This document shows, in pieces, positions 10,134-22,779 of a stretch of DNA of 64,000 nt (within the stretch, counting starts at the first letter, position 1; each line of letters begins with the position of its first letter). Source of the DNA: Klebsormidium nitens (Eukaryota > Plantae > Klebsormidiophyceae); contig DF236966.1 in assembly GCA_000708835.1 (NCBI GenBank), positions 1-64,000 of the forward strand, read 5' to 3'. A program made the position numbers and the translations under genes. The notes under the pieces are model-generated. The model did no database searches. It saw only the letters and a list, made by a program, of their open reading frames with translations, and was not told the DNA's origin.

Positions 10134-13100
10134 ATGGCACATTCTGCCAGCAGCATGCTGGTATCACGTCAGTGTGCACACTTTGATCTTCCAGATTTGT
10201 CAGCAAGAAGGAGTTGGACAGAGCGGGGCCACTTACAGACCTCCACAGCAAGCCACATCAGCTATGCGTCTCCTTTGAATGGCAGCTCTTTTCCATGTGA
10301 CAGGCGATCGAGAGCACGGCGCCCATCCAGAAACCATACCAAGGCTGTCATATGGTTAGGAGAGCCTAGCGTTACTAGACTAGGGCCGGTTACTAGTGGG
10401 TCATTCAAAGGCCGAAGGACAGCTGCAGATAGCTCTGACTCTAGAGCACCTATAGCTGAGTCTTCTTCTAGAATAATTGACAGAAGTGCACGTCAAGTGC
10501 AATGCCATGGCGTCCCTGTAAACTTCTCAGATGGGCCGCAGGCAACAGACACTGAAAGTGGGCCAAGCAGCACGGAACAGCTTGGCCCTGATGGGCGGCC
10601 AAAGAGGGTATACAAGGATACCCCCTTTGACCTGGCATTTATCCAAGTGTGCCGGCAGGCTTACGGAAAGCTGGCTCAGTGGCAGGTGCGGTGGTTAAGT
10701 TTCTCTAGCCCAGTCAAAAAGTTGGTTGACGCCGGAGGTGTGTGAAATGGTTGAGCAGATTGGACAGGTGCTTATTCTTCAGGATGGTTCTGTGGTTTTG
10801 CGGCTGTTTTTCCGAAAGGGATTGCTGAGACACTAGTGACACTGTCCGCCGCTTTATGTAAAGAGAAGGGCAAATCCCTGATCCTGATTTACTGAAGATA
10901 CAGAGTCTCAGGCCAAGAATAACACCAACTATTGGCTCGTATGGTATCTTACGAAAGGCAACCAATCTTTCCGCATTTGTTGTGAGAGGCAAGTCTGCTT
11001 AATCAGTCTCATTATGGATCTGCAGGACATCTACATGCGCCAACAGAACATGTAGTTGCACTTACCAGAAGGACAGCTACCCTCACCAGAACCCAGTAGC
11101 TTCTATGAAAGTGCTGTCCTTTCTTCTGCAGTCCCCTCGTAGCTACGAGGATGGCTACCGCGGCATGGTCGACGTTTCGCTGGCCCTGATGCGCAGCCGG
11201 CCAAATGTAAAGGAACAGAGGGCAGCAATTCTACAGGGCTTTCCCAAGGTCCCCCAGTGGTTCCGGAAAGCGTTCCCGTACTCGAACTGGGGGGCGGAGC
11301 TGAACGCCAGGATCACGCCCGCGTTCTTCACATGGCTTGTCGGTCCAATGGAGGTAAGAATTTGTCTATGTCTACGCCCGACCAAGGTTTCTAAACTGGT
11401 TGCAAAAAATTGCTCCTGGGTCCCATGGGAGCGGCGGAGCTGAAAGCGAGATTGAACACGTGAACCTGTGGGGGTTGAATAGGCCCCATGTAGGAGGTTC
11501 GCCTTTGCATATGCGGACCTGTGCAGAGAGTTGTACAGCAGGTTTGAGGTGTTTGTAGAAGCTGGCCCAAAGATTGACTCGTTTGTCTTTGAGGAGACCT
11601 CGTCCATCTCATTAGAAGGTTCTGTCTAGCGAGTTCTTGAAAGCCAAGCCATGGGTTTGATGGCCTTTTGGGGATTTGCTTCTTGAAAGGATAAACGGGT
11701 TGGCATCTCTTTTAAAAATTGTGGATCTCTGTTGTAGAAGCTGACGGGTCTGAGGAAGACGTAGATAGCAGGCTGCGGGGTTCCAGCAGAGGCGGACTCT
11801 ACCTTTGATACTTTGGAAAAGATGGACCGTGATTATGTCACCCCAGACTTTCGATGAGAAAACGAGTCGGCTTCAAGGAAGGGAACAGTTCGTTTGATAA
11901 TGTGGTTCGCTTTGTCAAAGACCAGCTTCCGCAACCTGAGAGGTTTTTTCGAACGGGGCCACCTTTCACGTCTCTGCGAACCATCAAGTTACAGGTTGAC
12001 TTGCGTGCATCATTCGAATCCAGATTGCACATTCTGCGGAGCACAGAATGACTTCAAAATCTCGATTTAATCACGTGCAGTTGAAGGCAGGGATGCAGAT
12101 CGGACCATTTAAATCTTTATGAAAGCTCTCTGCCTCCAGAATGAAGCCAAACTTATACGAAGTATAGTAAGTGAGGCCTTTTGTTGACTTTGAGCCTTCC
12201 CCTTGCAACGTGCAATACTTCGAGATCAAGGAGCGGCGCGCAGGCCGACCGGCGTCTTTTGCAAACCTTCGTCAAAGCCGAAAAACCGAAACGAGCGGAG
12301 TGAGAAAGAAGGTTCATTTTAGATTCTCCTTTGCAAGCCTCTTCCCCTGCTTGTGCAGATCTTCGAGGTTGAGATCGACGGCGTGAAGCAGCGGAGCGGC
12401 GTGCAGATCGAGCGGTGCCGGTATTTGGAGGAGAGCGGCTGCACGGGCATGTGCGTTAACCTGTGCAAGTTCCCTACGCAGACCTTCTTCACTGAGGAGC
12501 TCGGGTGAGGCCCAAGTTTAGGAGAAGAATCGGCCGTTCTCGAATCGAGTTGGTACGACTCGTTTTGCCAAGCGGGGAGTTGCTTCCGTCTTCTCCAACC
12601 GCTTGAGCTTGAAGGAAACCCGTTGAGTTGCCAGTACTTCGAAGTTGCAGAAGATGGATTCCTTCCTGCAGCCTCTTTCATGTCGAAAACATGACGGAGG
12701 AGTTCAGGAGTCTGGGAAGAAGGGGGCTTTCGAGTCTCCGTTTTGTTACTTTTATGAAACGTGTTGAGATGAGCAGGTTGGCAGCGGCAAAATGGACCGT
12801 ATCATGAGGACGGCCAGTCGTAAGAAGGACGAAGGGTCTTTCTGGTTATCGACGACTCCAAATGGGTCTGTATCGATGACTCGACTGCACTGAACCGTTG
12901 TTCTGCTGAATACTACCGGCCTTGCTGTCAGATGCTGGGACTCCAAGCATCCTCAATGTTAGTATCGTATGCCCCTTTTTGATCTCCAGCCAGACAACGT
13001 GTTTCGATCGGTTAGGCTTCTTACAAGCACACCAAAAGTTGCGGCATTACTCAAAATCGTCCACAAAACATGTGGCCTTACCAGACTCTCCATCTTGTCG

Positions 13101-13291
13101 CTCAACCATTTCATTCTCTTCGGTGCAGGATGCCGCTTTCCATGGAACCAAAATTTGAAGACCTGAGTTGCCAAATGATCTTTGGCAAGAAGCCACCAGA
13201 TATTGAAGACGACGAAGTCATGAAACAGCCCTGCTTCGCTCTCTGTCCAACCGCAAATGTACAAGCTCCCGCCTGTCCTAAATTGCGGTGA
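10134..13291 (+). CDS. Beta-carotene isomerase D27-family protein, likely plastid-targeted; 4 exons: 10134-10685, 11132-11353, 12359-12504, 13129-13291; 360 aa
   Basis: Conserved D27 motifs [56 protein letters not shown] and QPC. Phases are consistent. The Ser/Arg-rich N-terminus resembles a transit peptide; the start codon (acaATGG) is inferred. Confidence 0.9.
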
Positions 13292-14661
13292 GGGTTCTGT
13301 TAGTTCCCGGGAAAAGGAGAGCTCTGTCCACAAGCGGGGAGAAAGGCTATGAACCCTTTATTAGTGAGTTGCTTTCATGAATTGGAAGCTACCAGTAATG
13401 GTGCTTCAGAGGCAGAAAGGGTGGAAGGACCATTACGTAATATGCCGCCTTTCCAGGTGTTGGGTTAGTTGGATAAATCCAGGTACACGTATTGACTGCA
13501 AGCAGGCTCGATGGACCGGCAGCTTTCATTGCAGAACTGCCGGGAGTTGTATACTTCCTGAAACGTCCGGTCAGCAGATCGCAACTCGAAGTCGACAAGA
13601 CAGAGGTTCTCGACAGTATGCAGTCGCGCATTACAATTGTCTGAGTCTGACCGTCAGGAGATCAAAATGCCTGTTTCAAGTTCGACCATGCACGTACTGT
13701 CACTTGTTGGCAAACTAACGGGCAGAATTATGGTCCAGTTCCATCATGCACAACAAACGTCTGCACGCCTACTAGGCCGCGCCGCAGTGCACACCAGGCA
13801 GCTAGACTAAAATATATAAGCGCGCGCGAAAGCGACACCACGGACGGAGCCATTCTGATATAGTATCTAGCCATGGGCCGTCAGGATCATCGTTGCACGT
13901 ATCCAGCCTCCCATCACATATGCTTACGTGATAAAATTGCAGACTGTCCGCCAATCTTACGCCGCGCGCGGTCGTTATTAGTGTATAAGGGGACACTTAT
14001 CGTTATATACAAGACAGAAGCTCCTGACTCGAATCATTCAATAATTCGGATCATTGAATCAGTGATTCTATCATAGAACTCTATCAAAGAATCAGTCATT
14101 CTATTCAATTGATAGCTCATGCAGGTTGCTGTATGCATGAACGTCCTGCTACGTACCTAGATACTGCATATCCTAGCAACCGTCTGCACAACATGGCACA
14201 CTGACAATCACTTGGTTGCGGAGCTGCTTATATGAGCGACGAGCATGTAAGATCATTCTCATGACCTGCAGTCCAGTTCAAGAAGAGAGTCCACAGGATG
14301 ACCACCGTCGCCTATCATACGGGGCAAGACGTACTGCGGTCACCCATCAGTCCACATCACTTCTGAAGTCTTCTCGAAATCTTGTCATCGAACAGGGCAA
14401 TAGCATGTAAGAACATACACACTCTCAAACCTTCTTCCTCTGTTATCCTAGATCTCAAAGAAGTTCTAATGACAAAATCCCACAGACTCAAGGACACACA
14501 CAGGGCTGTAGTACAGTTTCACCAACCAATCTTCTTATCTTCTACTCTATCGTACATCTGAACCTTCGGTTTTCACCCGTTATATCTATTTCTGAACGAA
14601 ACTTGGACGCCACAACATTTACAGACTCCTACCTTATCGTACAAAGCGCGCGCTTATATAA

Positions 14662-15409
14662 TCAATCTGCCCATCCTCTCGGGTTCCCAATTTCGTCTTT
14701 GCCAGCATCGTCCTTGAGTTTCTCCGCATCAACCTTGATGTGGTCCACCTCAGCTTGCTTCTTGTTAGTAAAGTTTTCCCTCAGCTTCTCCAACTCCTTC
14801 TTCTTTTCTTCCTCAGACAATTGGTCCCAGTTTGCAGGGGCAGCCTTTCCATGATACTGCAAAAGAAGAAGTAGCTAAAACGCTTGTCTTCCTGGAGTGC
14901 TGTCTTAGCTCGGCCGTTGGCTAACACCGCGACAAAGAAGTGTACACAGGTCCCACAAACAATTGTGAAGAATTTTTGAGCCCGCTAACAACAGGCGCCT
15001 CATGTATACTCATATGAGAGAAAAAACCCACTTTGGAGTCACTGGCTCCACTTCTGATGGCAAGAGATGGCAATTCTTAGTTTTGGCACATGGAGTCAAT
15101 TGCAAGCAGCTAGTCTTTTCCTGTCACTTCGCAGGTTTCTTCTCCTGCTCTTGCAAATGATGGAAATGGAAAACCTTCATCATCGCAAATGGGGAGGCAT
15201 TGAAAGCAATCTGCAGGTAAGTCAGGCTATTCTCTCTTCAAGAAATCCTCAAATGCCAGCATTTCCGCTGCTCAAGTATTATCCATTCTTTCATTATTGT
15301 GGACCTGTCAAGGAGACCACACCTGGAGATGCGCGTGCTGATATTCTCCTGTCTTGTTTCCTTCCAGGTTGTGCTCCTCCATCTTCTGTCCAGTGCCACA
15401 AGCAGCCAT
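14662..15409 (-). CDS. Small hydrophilic protein of unknown function; 2 exons: 15323-15409, 14662-14856; 93 aa
   Basis: MAACGTGQKMEEHNLEGNKTGEYQHAHLQ|YHGKAAPANWDQLSEEEKKKELEKL...GNPRGWAD*. Phase-0 junction cag|gtgtgg ... ttcttttgcag| with a strong pyrimidine tract. No family recognised. Confidence 0.5.
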
Positions 15410-16065
15410 GTTGGTTGCAACCTGCAGGTTTCGGAGCTCGCCCTTCTTATCAAAAGTAGCCCCGCTGCAGCAATTGTAGTTCCTCTTTTGTAGTCCTGAT
15501 CTAATGGCAATGCAAATGGTACTTTCAAAAAGCTCGAATTGCATGTCTCAGACTTCGAATCTGCTTCACTTGTAAGTTTGCTCTGGCATTGCAGCTTCTC
15601 AGGGCACATGTTGCATTGGCAGAACAAATTGACCTGTTTTAAACATCCATAGCAGCCCAGCTATCCTATCAGGCCAAATTTCACAAAAACGACTTAGATT
15701 TCTGTTGATTGTAAAAGCCTTGTTCTAAACTCGCTGGGGTCTGAAGGATGAAGAAACCGGCGCGGACTGAACCCATTCCACCATTTCATGCCGTACTCTG
15801 GACATATTCCACCGACACGAATTCCTTGATTTCCTTGATTTCAGGTTGTTATTTACGGAAAAGGGACTCAGCCCTGCGCCAGCTCCTCATTCTTGGATAT
15901 GCAGGCACAGGTGTGGCGCCTGGATTCTCCAGACTTCCTGTCAGTGTTGGGGAGAAGATAAAAGTCCTCAACGGACCCATGTACCGTATGTTCTGACCTG
16001 ATAAAAATAGAGATTCAGCGAGAACACAGCGGCCAGTTTCTGAGCAGCAGAACCGCACTCCAGAC

Positions 16066-19000
16066 ATGGCGGCCAAACAGGGGCCCGCCCCGCAGACTTT
16101 ACAGAACCACTTCTTCTGCCAAATGTGTCGCAGCCCGCTGGAGATCACTGGGGCCGAGGTCCTCGAACGTGGCTCCAGCAGTGAACAAAGAGGAGCAGGT
16201 AAGTTGCAGTGTATCAACAATTGAGGGTCCACTCAAGTGCGACTTAGAGCTCCTTCACTTTGTCTGCCTGCCTTTTAATCTCTTGAATGTCAAATTGCAT
16301 GTATAAAAGCTTCTCAATATCGAAACTGTCACGATTGACGAGCAGAAGGAGTACTGTGTCTCCCTTTACATTCTTTGAAAAGAGGATGAGGGTCAGCTGA
16401 GCTTTTGTTGCAATGACAAGTTAGGGCCAGCTTGAACGGGCATTCTAAACCATGAAGCAGCAATCAAGCTGCAAATACTATCCCCAAGGATACTGACTGC
16501 ATTGCCCTTTTCCTCTATTTAGAAACCTATGCCTGTGATAATCATTGACTGGGAATCGAATCTACAAGCACCGAATTTTGCGCTCAAGTTTTCCCTTTTC
16601 AACTTTGCAGGCCCGCAGGCCTCTGTTCTTGGCAGCGTCATGGCCTCCCGCCTCCCCCTAGACCAGTCCTTTGTAGTCCTCCCAAAGCAAAGAGGAGTCA
16701 ACCCCACCTCCCAACCCCCCAAACCCCCTTTCCCCCCCTACCCCGGTGCTCGGCCCCCAGCCTCTAATCCCCCGAGCGCCCCCCCAGGAGCAGAACGGGG
16801 GGGCCGGGGCATCAGCGAGTCATTTGTGGTGCTTCCTGGGGCGGCCGCATCGATGTATCAAAACGAAATTGGAGGGGAGCATTCGTCAGGGGGGGAGCCT
16901 GGGGGGGTGGCGAGTATCAGCTCATACAGTGCGGGGATGGATGCAAAGATTACGGCGCTTACCCGTGTGTTTGAGATTGCGTCGCAGCAGACACAGGTGA
17001 GCATTTGAATGGCTATTGGCATCCTGTGGCCCTGCCTGCGTCCTACTAATTCGGAACTTTGAGAAGGCCTTAAGAAATCCGGGTGCTGTGCCTCGAGTCA
17101 CAAGACAGCTTTCACTCTTTTCGTTTGAATTCAGGAGCTCATCACACTTCATGCGTGCTGCACCTCCGTCTCTCTTTTCTGGCCGTAAGGACTGGCCATT
17201 TTAGAAAGAAGGCCCTGGAAAAGAAGTCTTTACTTGTGTTTCAAGCCGCCTAAAGAGACAGTCTCTTTCCGTGTTTCCACCTTTTCTTTTCTCTGCAAGG
17301 ACAAACAAACGCTCCCTTCTGGTTTCTCGGTTCCTTTCAAGGTTCTCGTCCTTTTTCCATTGCACCCTTTATGTCACGTTTTCTTTCTATCTCCGCATGT
17401 TGACCAGCCGCTGGGGCGGAGAGCTTTTGAAAGCCAGAAGCATATCGTCCACACTCTACAATGTTGTCAGTTCCTATTCTTAATACCTTTTCTAGTAACT
17501 CAACTTTTGTTTCTATCCCCTACACAGGTCGAGCAGCCGCTGTGCGTGGAGTGTGTCCGGTGCCTTTGCGAGGAACTAGACGCGGAGACGGCAGAGGCGG
17601 AGCGCGAGGCAGCCGCGTACGAGGCGTGCCTATCGCGCCTGGCCGGAGAGCCGGAGGAGGCGCTCTCGGAAGACGAGTTCCAAAAGGAGGTCAAGAGGGT
17701 GAGCTGCAGTATCTTGTTAGTGTTTCGTTCTTCTTGATATCTTGTTATCATCTTGTGACGTCTTGTTATCGTCTCTTAGAATTATTCAGGATGTTGCATT
17801 TGGCAGTAAGGGCGTGGCTCATGGTGTCAATTTTCTTTATGTTTTTGGGTTCTCGATCGGAGAGAGTCAAGGCAAGAAACAACGATGGTTCGCATCTGGA
17901 CGAATTAAGGGCTGATACGTATGGTTGGAAGAAAAAGCAGGGTCAGAGGACCAAGTCAACGCTTTCTTGAGAGAACGACACGTCCCTGATGATCGCGGAT
18001 TCCCGTTACTTCCACAAGCACTGGACTTCATTGCAATGGTTCCAAGTCGATAATGTCCAGGAAGTACGACTCACGAACATGAAAGTGGACGGGTCTGGTC
18101 ACATCTCGTACCTTATTCTTCTTACTCCTTTCCTCTGCGTGCAATGCGTATTCACGTGGGTGGGCTCTGAAAACCGAATATGCGGTCCTTCAAACACGTG
18201 AAAACAACTAGAGTGATCCGCTTTGCTGCAGGCGAATGAGGAGGAGCGGCAGTTGCAAACCCAGCTGGCGCGGTTGCAGGAGCAGTGGCAATAAAAAAAC
18301 AATATAAGCCTAGGTAAATCAGTACAATATGCAGTAAAAACCACGTGCGAAGAAACTGATCCGCAATTTTGCAGGCGAATGAGGAGGAGCGGCAATTGCA
18401 AACCCAGCTGGCGCGGTTGCAGGAGCAGCGGCGGGGGACGATGGCCCAGCTGAGGGACCTGGAAAGCAAGACCAAGGAGCTGGACAACCTGGAAGAGCGG
18501 TATGTACCTCCGTTGTTTATCTTCAAGTGTCGTGATGAGAAGTTACCAAAGGAAGACCAAAGGAACGGTACTCATTGTGCATACGATTAAGCGTTATGTC
18601 AAGGGCGTGCATGGGGCCTGACAATTTTACACATACGGTGAGATGGGCCAGGTGTTTGGATGGGCAAGCTGCCGGCGGCTGTGATTAAGCCAGGCAGCCA
18701 ACAGTGCAAAAGTTAATGAAAAACCTGCTCAAGTTTTCTTTAATATTGTAGTGAACATTTGAAAACTATTCGGGCTACGCTGTCCCGTTCCCGATTCACT
18801 CCCAACTCCAGACCACTCGAAAGTCCCGATAACCAATACATGGTCCCAAACGGACGGACCCTAACGACAAGTCCCCAGTTGCTTCATCCGCAGTGTCCCT
18901 TTCCGGTCAAATGTTTGCTGGCCGCTTTGTCATGATCATGCGCCTCTGTTAGATGCCAAAGCTCAAAGCAACAATTAAGACCCAACCATAACCGCTTGTC

Positions 19001-21875
19001 TCTTGCCTTCTACTTTACAATAGCCTCTTTCTTATGCTCGACGGCGTCCTTTGCAGGTACTGGCATGACTTCAACGACTTCAAGCTCCAACTGGCGGCTC
19101 ATCAGGTAAGGCTCACCAACTGACCGATTGGACGCCTTACCGTCTAAACCATAACGTCGGCGCATAGATAAGTTCCATCTTCAATTTTTCAAAAGCCACT
19201 CGACATTTATCTTTCGCAGTGAAAGACTTTCGCCGATTGGATGGACGGAAACAGGTCCGACGTTGTTCGCTTTTCCTATTCTAAGATAGCAGCTAGTCAG
19301 TCTTTAATTGTCCGGCTCCATGGAACCCAGGAGCGTCGTAAAAGAGATGCAAGACCTGCCGTCGAGGCTGACGTCACAGGCACATCTTCCTCAAAGGCGC
19401 ACTGTCAAATCGACGCTCCCTGTGACGTCATTTTCGTGCCCCTGACAGACGATTGGGTCCATTTCAGCACAAGTTTTTGCGGCTCACGTCATCATTTGAA
19501 GGATAAGTAGGACGCGGAGGGTTGCAGCTTGATCTGGCCGCTGTGCATCTAAAGCTGCTGAATAGCGCCTTCAAATTACTTACTGCTTGCCCACCTGCTG
19601 CCTGCTGACGTAAGCAACCCCTTCGCAGCACGAGCGAGAAGCAATGTGCTACAGCCGCGCGGCCGAAGCTCGGATTGCCCGTTGACGTCAGCAGCTTATG
19701 GCCCTTCCCCTGCTGACATTATTAGCCCTCCCCTGTGCAGAACGAGCGGGATGCGGTGTGCGCGCAGATCGACGCGGCGGCCGCGCAGCTGGAGCTGCTG
19801 AAGCGGACCAACGTGCTGACGGACGCGTTCCCCATCTGGCACGACGGCGAGTTCGGGACCATCAACAACTTCCGCCTGGGCCGACTGCCCAACGTGCCGG
19901 TGCGCAAGTTTTTTTGTTGCTTGAAGCGATTTTTCCGAATTAGAGTAGATTCGTTACTGCTCATTCTCATCTCTTGAACTCGATTGATTGGACCATCAAC
20001 AACTTCCGGCTGGGCCGCCTGCCCAACGTGCCGGTGCGCACTCTCGTCATTGCTGCCTTCTGAAACGCTTTTTGAATGAAACAATTTGCCGTTTCTGCTT
20101 GCTCTTTTCTTCCTTCCGTCGCTCTTCCAATTCGCTGCGCACGCCGATGTGCGGGTGCGCGGATTGTTGTTATGTACGTTCGTTTTGCTTCTGTTATGTC
20201 GGGAACTTTCTGGAGGGCGCCCGAAAGCCGTGTTTGTGCTTATGATATCCATGCGAGATCCCCCTAGCATCAAAATTTTGGTTTCCGTGTGTCGGGGTGG
20301 AGTTGGAAGAATGTAAGAGGTGTGGACTCAGCCATGCCTCTGAATGTAGAACACATGTTTTTTCCTCAGCCGAGCAAGTCCAACGAACTCTTAACATTCG
20401 CCGTTAAACCCCATATTCCTTTTTTTCCAGGTGGAGTGGGACGAGATCAACGCGGCGTGGGGCCAGTCGTGCCTGCTGCTGCACACAATGGCCCAGACGT
20501 GCAAGCTCAACTTCAGCGTCCGCATCATCCCGCTCGGCAGCTACCCCAAGATCGCGGACGCCAAAAACGTCTACGAGCTGTGAGCGATCGACTGCTCCTT
20601 GAGCTTCTGGGAAAGAAGTTGGAATACATCACATGTTGTTAATGTGAGCGCCCGCATTGGAGGTTTATCTTGGCTGTGAATTTGCAAAGGTTATAACAAG
20701 TAACATTTCAACATTCGCAATGACCGAGGGCAGTCCAACCACAACCCGCTCTTGGAAAAGTTGTAAATAACACCCAAATCCAGGTGTACTCTGTTTCCAA
20801 CTGGCGTCTTGCTTGGAAGGAGCTTCAATCTTACCGTACCCGGATGGTGCACAATTGATGTCAAGAATCATTGGCTGCCACGTGGCACGCATGCAGGTAC
20901 GGCCCCGTGAACTTGTTTTGGAGTACTCGTTACGACAAGGCGATGGTGCTGTTCCTTGCGTGCCTCAAGGAGTTCGCCGACTTCGCCAACGCACGCGACC
21001 GTTCGAACGACGTGCCTGTTGATAAGGCCTTCACGCTGCCCTACAAGTGAGACTGCGCACGGCTTCTCACCAGAAGGCCTTGTTTTGGAGGCCATTGTAC
21101 AGACCTGAGTCTTGTCAGTGCTAGATATGTTGGAAGCTGTGGTTGAGTCTAGACTTGTTCAAATATGGAAATTCCGTTTCATTGTCCCCCAAAGAATGGT
21201 GCGGGTATCGTATTGAATTTCTCTTTCTTCGAAATCCACTAAGTGTCAGTATAGACTGCGCCAAACCAAAGCCGTCTTTGATTGCCGTTGATATTGGTTC
21301 CGACGACATCGTCTGGTTGCTAACCAGGGTGGACATTGCCAAGGGGCGGGAGTTTCCTCCGCTTTGTTCGATGCTTCCTCCTTCCGCTTTCGTATTCGTT
21401 TACTGATGCTGCCCTGTCCTGCCAGAATCGGTCGATTTAAAAGATTGAGCCTAAGGACAGCGGTGCTGTTCGAAGTCACCCTTCGCAGAAGTTCGACCCA
21501 TTAGCTACAGCCCACCAAGAATTTAATGGCGACCCAGCTCTACTCTGGGACCCTCTAAATAGTGGAAGCTCCCTTCGGCACGCCTAGAGCATCAAAGTAC
21601 GTGAACTGGAAGCATCTTCCAACCTGATAACGAGTTCCCGCATTGCTTTCCGCAGAATCGAAGGGGACAAAGTGGGCGGCCTAACCATCAAGCAGAGCTT
21701 CAATCCAAACGAAAAGTGGACCAAGGCCCTACACCTGACGCTGTGCAACCTCAAGTGGGCGTTAACCTGGTTGGTTAACCAGGATAACGGGCTGCCAAAC
21801 CCGCTCATGGACCTCCTTGAAACGCCGGCTTCAGCGTCGGAGATGGCTCGTTCGGAATCAGCTGGAAACGTTTGA
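16066..21875 (+). CDS. ATG6: Beclin-1/ATG6 (PI3K complex subunit); 9 exons: 16066-16198, 16611-16996, 17528-17698, 18375-18499, 19057-19105, 19741-19899, 20431-20579, 20897-21046, 21656-21875; 513 aa
   Basis: Motifs [81 protein letters not shown] and [14 protein letters not shown]. All phases are consistent (1542 nt). Confidence 0.96.
18222..18294 (+). repeat. Near-identical duplicate of the ATG6 exon 4 acceptor and first 54 nt, ending in an in-frame TAA
   Basis: ctgcag|GCGAATGAGGAGGAGCGG... matches 18375 onward with 1 mismatch in 54 nt, followed by TGG CAA TAA. Confidence 0.9.
19990..20039 (+). repeat. Duplicate of the ATG6 exon 6 3' end and donor site
   Basis: GGACCATCAACAACTTCCGgCTGGGCCGcCTGCCCAACGTGCCG|gtgcgc repeats the exon end and donor at 19900, 134 bp downstream. 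Confidence 0.9.
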
Positions 21876-22779
21876 GCGGCTGGTACTTACCAAAGGGACT
21901 GTAAGTATTGTACAGATACCGTCGTCCGGTCTGGCAAAGACCCCTCCATGGCGCGCACGGGTCCTCCGTGAAGGTTATTGTTGCGCATCACGCCAATTCC
22001 AGTCACTTGACTTGTGTGCTGGGCATGATGCGGAACGAGACTTTCGTTTGGGGGATTGTTCAACCGAATGTGGGGCAAGCATCGGGCGTGGTGCTATATG
22101 CATACATACATGCATTGGGCATCACGGATCGAGACCGTGACAAGAATGAGATTGGATGTCATTTATTCATGTAGTGCTATAAGACAAACTTAACATAAAC
22201 TGAGAGGCCTAGCTTGCCAAATTCCGTGCATTCAATATAGGCGGCTTGACAAGACGCGCTCGAGTATAAGAGCTAGACCGTACATGACAGCAAGGTCGGA
22301 TGCAGCCACCGTGACGCGTGTGCTGCTAATTAGGCTCATCATTGAGGATCCGGGATGCATATGTGTGGCCCCGAGGCTTTACTTCTTGCATCATGCATTG
22401 CCGCAGTGCCATCATCATAATTACGTCCTAACGTACCATGATCATATATAATAATTTAAAACTAGCTAAACGTAAAAATCGACGACATGATATTTCGGAA
22501 TGGCTCCATGGTCAAATCAATTGTTTTGCAGATGTGCCCGCTGATGCATTCCATCCAGAATCGATCCAAGATCCCACGGTCGGACCGCATGTCGTGTGGC
22601 ATGCCGGGCAGGCGGGGCCACGATCAGACCGTACTGCCCGACCTCTGCCAACTGGATGCCATAAGAAACCTATGCGGCGCACGGAAGATGCATGCTGGTG
22701 AAGCAGAATAAACGGAAAGCCTGGCCTCATGTGCATCGATTTCACACCGGGGCCTTGACTGTCAACAATGCATAACAGA

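Noticed and set aside
14030-14110. Low-complexity gaatca/tgattc foldback repeats
   Set aside because: Short and imperfect, with no terminal repeats or target-site duplication to support a mobile element.
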